This document shows, in pieces, positions 18,364 through 22,212 of a DNA stretch of 22,212 bases. The notes under the pieces were generated by a model. It made no database searches. It had not been told where the DNA came from and worked only from the letters and a program-made list of their open reading frames with translations. The translations under genes were made by a program, and so were the position numbers. The stretch's first letter is position 1. Every line of letters begins with the position of its first letter. The stretch spans positions 1 to 22,212 of the forward strand of contig JAFGOA010000068.1 of the NCBI GenBank assembly GCA_016926735.1, in the 5' to 3' direction. The stretch is from Promethearchaeota archaeon (lineage in GTDB: Archaea > Asgardarchaeota > Lokiarchaeia > Sigyniarchaeales > SOKP01).

Positions 18364-19080
18364 ATGGAATCTACATCTTCACATAGCATTATTAGTCTAG
18401 AACATCCAAGTGTAATAAAAATATTAGATATTGCTGAAGAAATTATAGAAAATAATAAAATTTTAACGATTGAAAATTTATATAAAATTACCAAGAAAAG
18501 GTTAAAATTGCCTCGAAAGGGATTATTAGAAATCATCCAATATTTGATTAGAAAAAAAATAATAGTTGATGGTTCAAAACATACAAAAAATACGATATTA
18601 AATAATATCTATCGAAAAAAGATATATTTTGCTATAAAAAACAGCAATGGATTGAAATTTTCTTCAATTAGAAAAAAAGTTTTTACTAAAAATTATGGTA
18701 GCCCAGGTCAATTAATTTGGCATTTAGAGGTATTAATTAAATTTGGTTATATAAAAAAAATAAATATAGGTAAATTCACAGTATTTCTTCCAATTGAAAT
18801 TGAAGATGATATTGGAAAATTAATTTTTTTTAAAAAAAATAACCTCAATAGTAAGATTATTGAAGTCTTAAATAATCATGAATCAATAAAGAAATCAGAT
18901 ATTTTTAAATTTTTGAATGAAAAAAAGGAAAAAATATACTATAGAATCAATACACTTTTAGAAAATAAAATAATTCAAATGGATGAAAATCAAAATAATG
19001 AATTATTTCTCCCTTATAAAATAAAAAATAACGTACGTATAATAACAAAAAAATATACTTTTAAAAATGATATTTCTTGA
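18364..19080 (+). CDS. Multi-winged-helix DNA-binding protein / transcriptional regulator
   Basis: Repeated wHTH-like signatures: IIQYLIRKKII, YRKKIYFAI..GQLIWHLEVLIKFGYI, KIYYRINTLLENKII. Starts 2 bp after the upstream gene. Confidence 0.75.
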   Translation: MESTSSHSIISLEHPSVIKILDIAEEIIENNKILTIENLYKITKKRLKLPRKGLLEIIQYLIRKKIIVDGSKHTKNTILNNIYRKKIYFAIKNSNGLKFSSIRKKVFTKNYGSPGQLIWHLEVLIKFGYIKKINIGKFTVFLPIEIEDDIGKLIFFKKNNLNSKIIEVLNNHESIKKSDIFKFLNEKKEKIYYRINTLLENKIIQMDENQNNELFLPYKIKNNVRIITKKYTFKNDIS

Positions 19081-19083
19081 AAA

Positions 19084-19686
19084 TTATGATAATGAATCGA
19101 TGATAAGCTCAAGATAGGATTTTGTAATGGAATCTCCTCTCTGTATTTTTAATAACTTTAAAAATTCAAATAAAAGAGATTTAACATCATTTATATCTTT
19201 CTGGTCCTTGCTTATGTATTCAATTTCAAGAAAATATTTTTTTAATAAGGGAACATAATCAATTAATAGTTCTAAAGTATAGTTTTTATATATTAATTTA
19301 AATAATTCTCTCTCTTTTTTAATAGTTAAAACCTCTCTAAATCCTAGAATACTGAATATCTCTCTAAGTTTTTCACTATCATCTATTTTAAGTTCTAATT
19401 CTTTTCTGGTCTTTGTTTCCATATCAAGCTTCTTTCCTTTATACGCAATATATGAATTATACGAATGAATTTCTTCTTTATTCATTTTATTAAATTTGAT
19501 AGAGTCTCTTATTCTTAATGCTTCATCGGTTTCTCCAAAATCCCTCAGATTTAATGGCAAATTATAATAAGTATCTTCATGAATGAGAGAACATATGTAT
19601 TTAGCTCCATATCTTTCTAACTCTTTTCTAATAAATTCTGGATCAGAAATAGATGTTTTAATTTCGACTTCAATCATAAATTTCAT
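19084..19686 (-). CDS. cyaB: CYTH-domain protein (class IV adenylate cyclase/triphosphate tunnel metalloenzyme)
   Basis: EVEIK (ExExK), EDTYY, ALRIR, YKG, RKELE, KER, FLEIE, SYLEL. The start may be the Met at 19677. Confidence 0.9.
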   Translation of the reverse strand: MKFMIEVEIKTSISDPEFIRKELERYGAKYICSLIHEDTYYNLPLNLRDFGETDEALRIRDSIKFNKMNKEEIHSYNSYIAYKGKKLDMETKTRKELELKIDDSEKLREIFSILGFREVLTIKKERELFKLIYKNYTLELLIDYVPLLKKYFLEIEYISKDQKDINDVKSLLFEFLKLLKIQRGDSITKSYLELIIDSLS

Positions 19687-19774
19687 TTAATAAAGGAATA
19701 TTTAATTGATTAGTAATAATACAATCATAAATAATAATTTTCTAATTTCTTTAATTCTGGATTGGTTTGCTATT

Positions 19775-20740
19775 ATGAATAATGATTATAAAATTAAAGA
19801 ATTTACCTCAAAATATGGTTATTCAGAATATATGATTAAAAGATATTTTGATTTCCTTGGTATTGAACAGACAGAAAGTCTATTAAAATCTAATGAAATT
19901 AAATCAAAACAATCTATTCGGGTTAATACTCTTAAAATAAAACCAGAAATATTAAGATCTCGTTTAGAAAAACTAGGTTTAATTCTAAAAGATAATGAAT
20001 GGATTTCATATGCTTTTGATATTCATAAGGAACATTCAAATTTAGGCTCACTACATGAATATCTTCAAGGATATTTTTATATACAAAATAAAGTATCTAT
20101 GCTTCCTCCGTATATCCTCCAACCCTCTTCTAATGACACAGTAATAGATATGTGCGCTTCACCAGGAGGAAAATCAACTCATCTCGCACAAATAATGAAG
20201 AATAAAGGGAAATTACTCTTAATAGAGAGAAATAAAAAAAGAATTCCTGCTTTAGAATTTAATATTAGAAGAATGGGGATATATAATTCAGTAATTATAA
20301 ATGAAGACGCAAGGAATATACCAAATTCCAAGTTAAAGGGAGATAAAATATTGTTAGATGCTCCTTGTACAGGTGAGGGTTTAATAAGAGATGATCCCAC
20401 TAGAAAAAAAAATAGAACAGTTTCAGATATAAAAAAAATGGCTAAAATTCAAGAAGAATTGTTATTAGCAGGACTAAAAATATTAAAAAAAGAGGGTTTG
20501 CTAATCTATAGTACGTGCTCTATTTCACCCGAAGAAAATGAAATGGTAATAGATAGAGTACTTAAAAAACAAAATAATTTTGAAATAGTAAAGATTCAAA
20601 AACAATATGGTATTTCTGGATTCACTAAAGTATTTGGAAAAGAATTAGATAATCAATTACAATTTTCTCAACGTTTCTTTCCCCATATTCATGATACGAT
20701 AGGATTTTTTATATGTTTAATTAAAAAGATACATACATAA
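19775..20740 (+). CDS. RsmB/NOP2/NSUN family RNA (cytosine-C5) methyltransferase
   Basis: IRVNTLK, DMCASPGGKS, LLDAPCTGEG, YSTCS..EENE, RFFPH..GFF. The ATG at 19775 is preferred over the TTG at 19706. Confidence 0.92.
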   Translation: MNNDYKIKEFTSKYGYSEYMIKRYFDFLGIEQTESLLKSNEIKSKQSIRVNTLKIKPEILRSRLEKLGLILKDNEWISYAFDIHKEHSNLGSLHEYLQGYFYIQNKVSMLPPYILQPSSNDTVIDMCASPGGKSTHLAQIMKNKGKLLLIERNKKRIPALEFNIRRMGIYNSVIINEDARNIPNSKLKGDKILLDAPCTGEGLIRDDPTRKKNRTVSDIKKMAKIQEELLLAGLKILKKEGLLIYSTCSISPEENEMVIDRVLKKQNNFEIVKIQKQYGISGFTKVFGKELDNQLQFSQRFFPHIHDTIGFFICLIKKIHT

Positions 20741-20817
20741 CTACAACAAAAGTAATGTAATTTTAATTCATTGTATGATTAGAGAGGATTTATAAATATA
20801 CTTTCTTTTCATAAATT

Positions 20818-21519
20818 ATGACTTCAATAAAAATTCAGACTTTGGGAATTGGAGCAATTAGACTTTCTTTTGATGAATTAATATGTGTCGTAGATGCGTT
20901 TATAGATGATGTTCATAAGTTAGATCCTTTTGACGAGAATGATATTGATATTATATTCATAACACATGATGATGGAGACCATTTTTCCTCTAAAAAAGTA
21001 GCAGATAATGTGAAAAAGACTAATGCAATAGTAATTGGACCCCCAAGTATCACATTTCCTTTATTAATTAACGAAAATCTTCCCTCAGAGAATTTAAAAG
21101 TTTTTTATCATCCTAAAAGATTTGAGGGGATAAAAACAATAGTTAAAGGAATTCCAATTTCTATTTACAATACAAAACATTTTTTAGATCATTATCCAGT
21201 TCACATTAGCTTTTTACTTAAAATAAATGAAAAAAAGATATATATTACAGGAGATAGCAATGAAATTACGAAGGAGGATCCTAAATTAAAAAATCTTGAT
21301 TTAATAATATTTAATTTTGTAAATCTAGAGAAAAATCTTTCAGAGATTTCCGTTATTAAGGATCTAATAAAAGATTTTTCTCCAAAGAAAATTTTAATTA
21401 ATCATATTCTTAATTGTGACTGGACTTTTAACCCAACAGAATTAAAGAAGGAGATTGAAATTCAAAATCTAGATAATGTTATAATACTGGAAAACAATTC
21501 TGAAATTCTCGAATTATAG
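20818..21519 (+). CDS. MBL-fold metallo-hydrolase
   Basis: VDAF, ITHDDGDH (variant of HxHxDH), YITGD, INH. Confidence 0.8.
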   Translation: MTSIKIQTLGIGAIRLSFDELICVVDAFIDDVHKLDPFDENDIDIIFITHDDGDHFSSKKVADNVKKTNAIVIGPPSITFPLLINENLPSENLKVFYHPKRFEGIKTIVKGIPISIYNTKHFLDHYPVHISFLLKINEKKIYITGDSNEITKEDPKLKNLDLIIFNFVNLEKNLSEISVIKDLIKDFSPKKILINHILNCDWTFNPTELKKEIEIQNLDNVIILENNSEILEL

Positions 21520-21610
21520 ATTCAAACAAGATGAAAATGTATCAATAAGATAAGAGATCATCTCTTTTTTTTAAAAAATTTATAATTATTATTTTTAATA
21601 TTAAACCTAT

Positions 21611-22186
21611 TCATGCTTGCTTTCTCAAGAAATATCCTTTATCAATTAGATTTAAAGCTATGATCTCATCTTCTTGAAGTGAATTAATTTCATTATTTTT
21701 TTGATTTAAATAACCTATAGCAATAAGTTCATCTAATTTATTATATATTATAATAAAATTATCTTTCTCTATATGTCCTAAGTAAGAATTTATCATCTTC
21801 TTTTTTATATCATTTCCATACAAAATGGACTTTTCTGCTTTTTGAGTAACTTGAAATTTAATTTCATTGGGAATTAAATTCTTTTTATCAAAGAATTCAA
21901 ATACTTCAAGACTGGGATAGAATTCTCCTCTTTTAATAAATCCAAAATAAATACCTACACTCCAAACAGATAATTTGAATTTATTTATCAAATCTTTTAA
22001 AATATAAGGGGAGTAATATATTTCAGGGAACGGTTTTATTTTTTTATCTTCATAAATCGAAATATATAGATCTTCAGAGACTATATCCAAAAAAGAAACA
22101 AGTTTTTCTGAAATAGTTAAAAAAGTGTTCTTTAAAAATTCTATTTCAATAATATTTAAATTTCGAAATTCAGTTAATAGTACCAT
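21611..22186 (-). CDS. Nip7-like PUA-domain ribosome biogenesis protein
   Basis: SVGIYFG, F.PSLE, KAEKSILYGND, IIYN..DELIAIG, and C-terminal DKGYFLR, matching the archaeal Nip7 pattern. Confidence 0.75.
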   Translation of the reverse strand: MVLLTEFRNLNIIEIEFLKNTFLTISEKLVSFLDIVSEDLYISIYEDKKIKPFPEIYYSPYILKDLINKFKLSVWSVGIYFGFIKRGEFYPSLEVFEFFDKKNLIPNEIKFQVTQKAEKSILYGNDIKKKMINSYLGHIEKDNFIIIYNKLDELIAIGYLNQKNNEINSLQEDEIIALNLIDKGYFLRKQA

Positions 22187-22212
22187 ATTCGGATTAGATA
22201 AATAAATAAACC

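Noticed and set aside
18340-18380. Possible frameshifted single 7TM-wHTH fusion gene
   Set aside because: Clean TAA followed 2 bp later by an ATG, and both ORFs look complete, so a coupled operon is the simpler reading.
17857-18536. Two - strand ORFs (85 and 81 aa)
   Set aside because: Antisense to the 7TM and wHTH genes.
20179-20400. 73-aa - strand ORF
   Set aside because: Antisense to the NOP2-family gene.

Overview
Very AT-rich, gene-dense archaeal window. The gene set (Nip7-like PUA protein, NOP2/RsmB methyltransferase, CYTH protein, 7TM plus longin-like protein, multi-wHTH regulator, GTGA-type ribosome-binding motifs) suggests an Asgard/Lokiarchaeia-like genome; this is an inference. 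Most genes are housekeeping or metabolic: SDR, mtnA, dus, glgP, two MBL-fold hydrolases, a methyltransferase and an NDP-sugar pyrophosphorylase. The main find is missing from the ORF track: a 39-aa gene at 8158..8277 (-), MKIVKKEKTTSAA-CKCGGGC-ISNS-CKCGGGC-I-CKCGGGC. It has a basic leader and three identical Cys/Gly cores whose DNA copies differ only at synonymous positions. It lies upstream of, and on the same strand as, a radical SAM/SPASM enzyme with a PqqD/RRE-like N-terminus and a small Cys-containing protein. This is a candidate archaeal radical-SAM RiPP system; a metallothionein-like peptide is the alternative reading. A tandem palindromic operator-like repeat sits upstream of the peptide. 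A second SPASM radical SAM gene (1176..2720) may be a GMGT-synthase-like lipid enzyme. No RNA genes, CRISPR arrays or mobile elements were recognised by eye.
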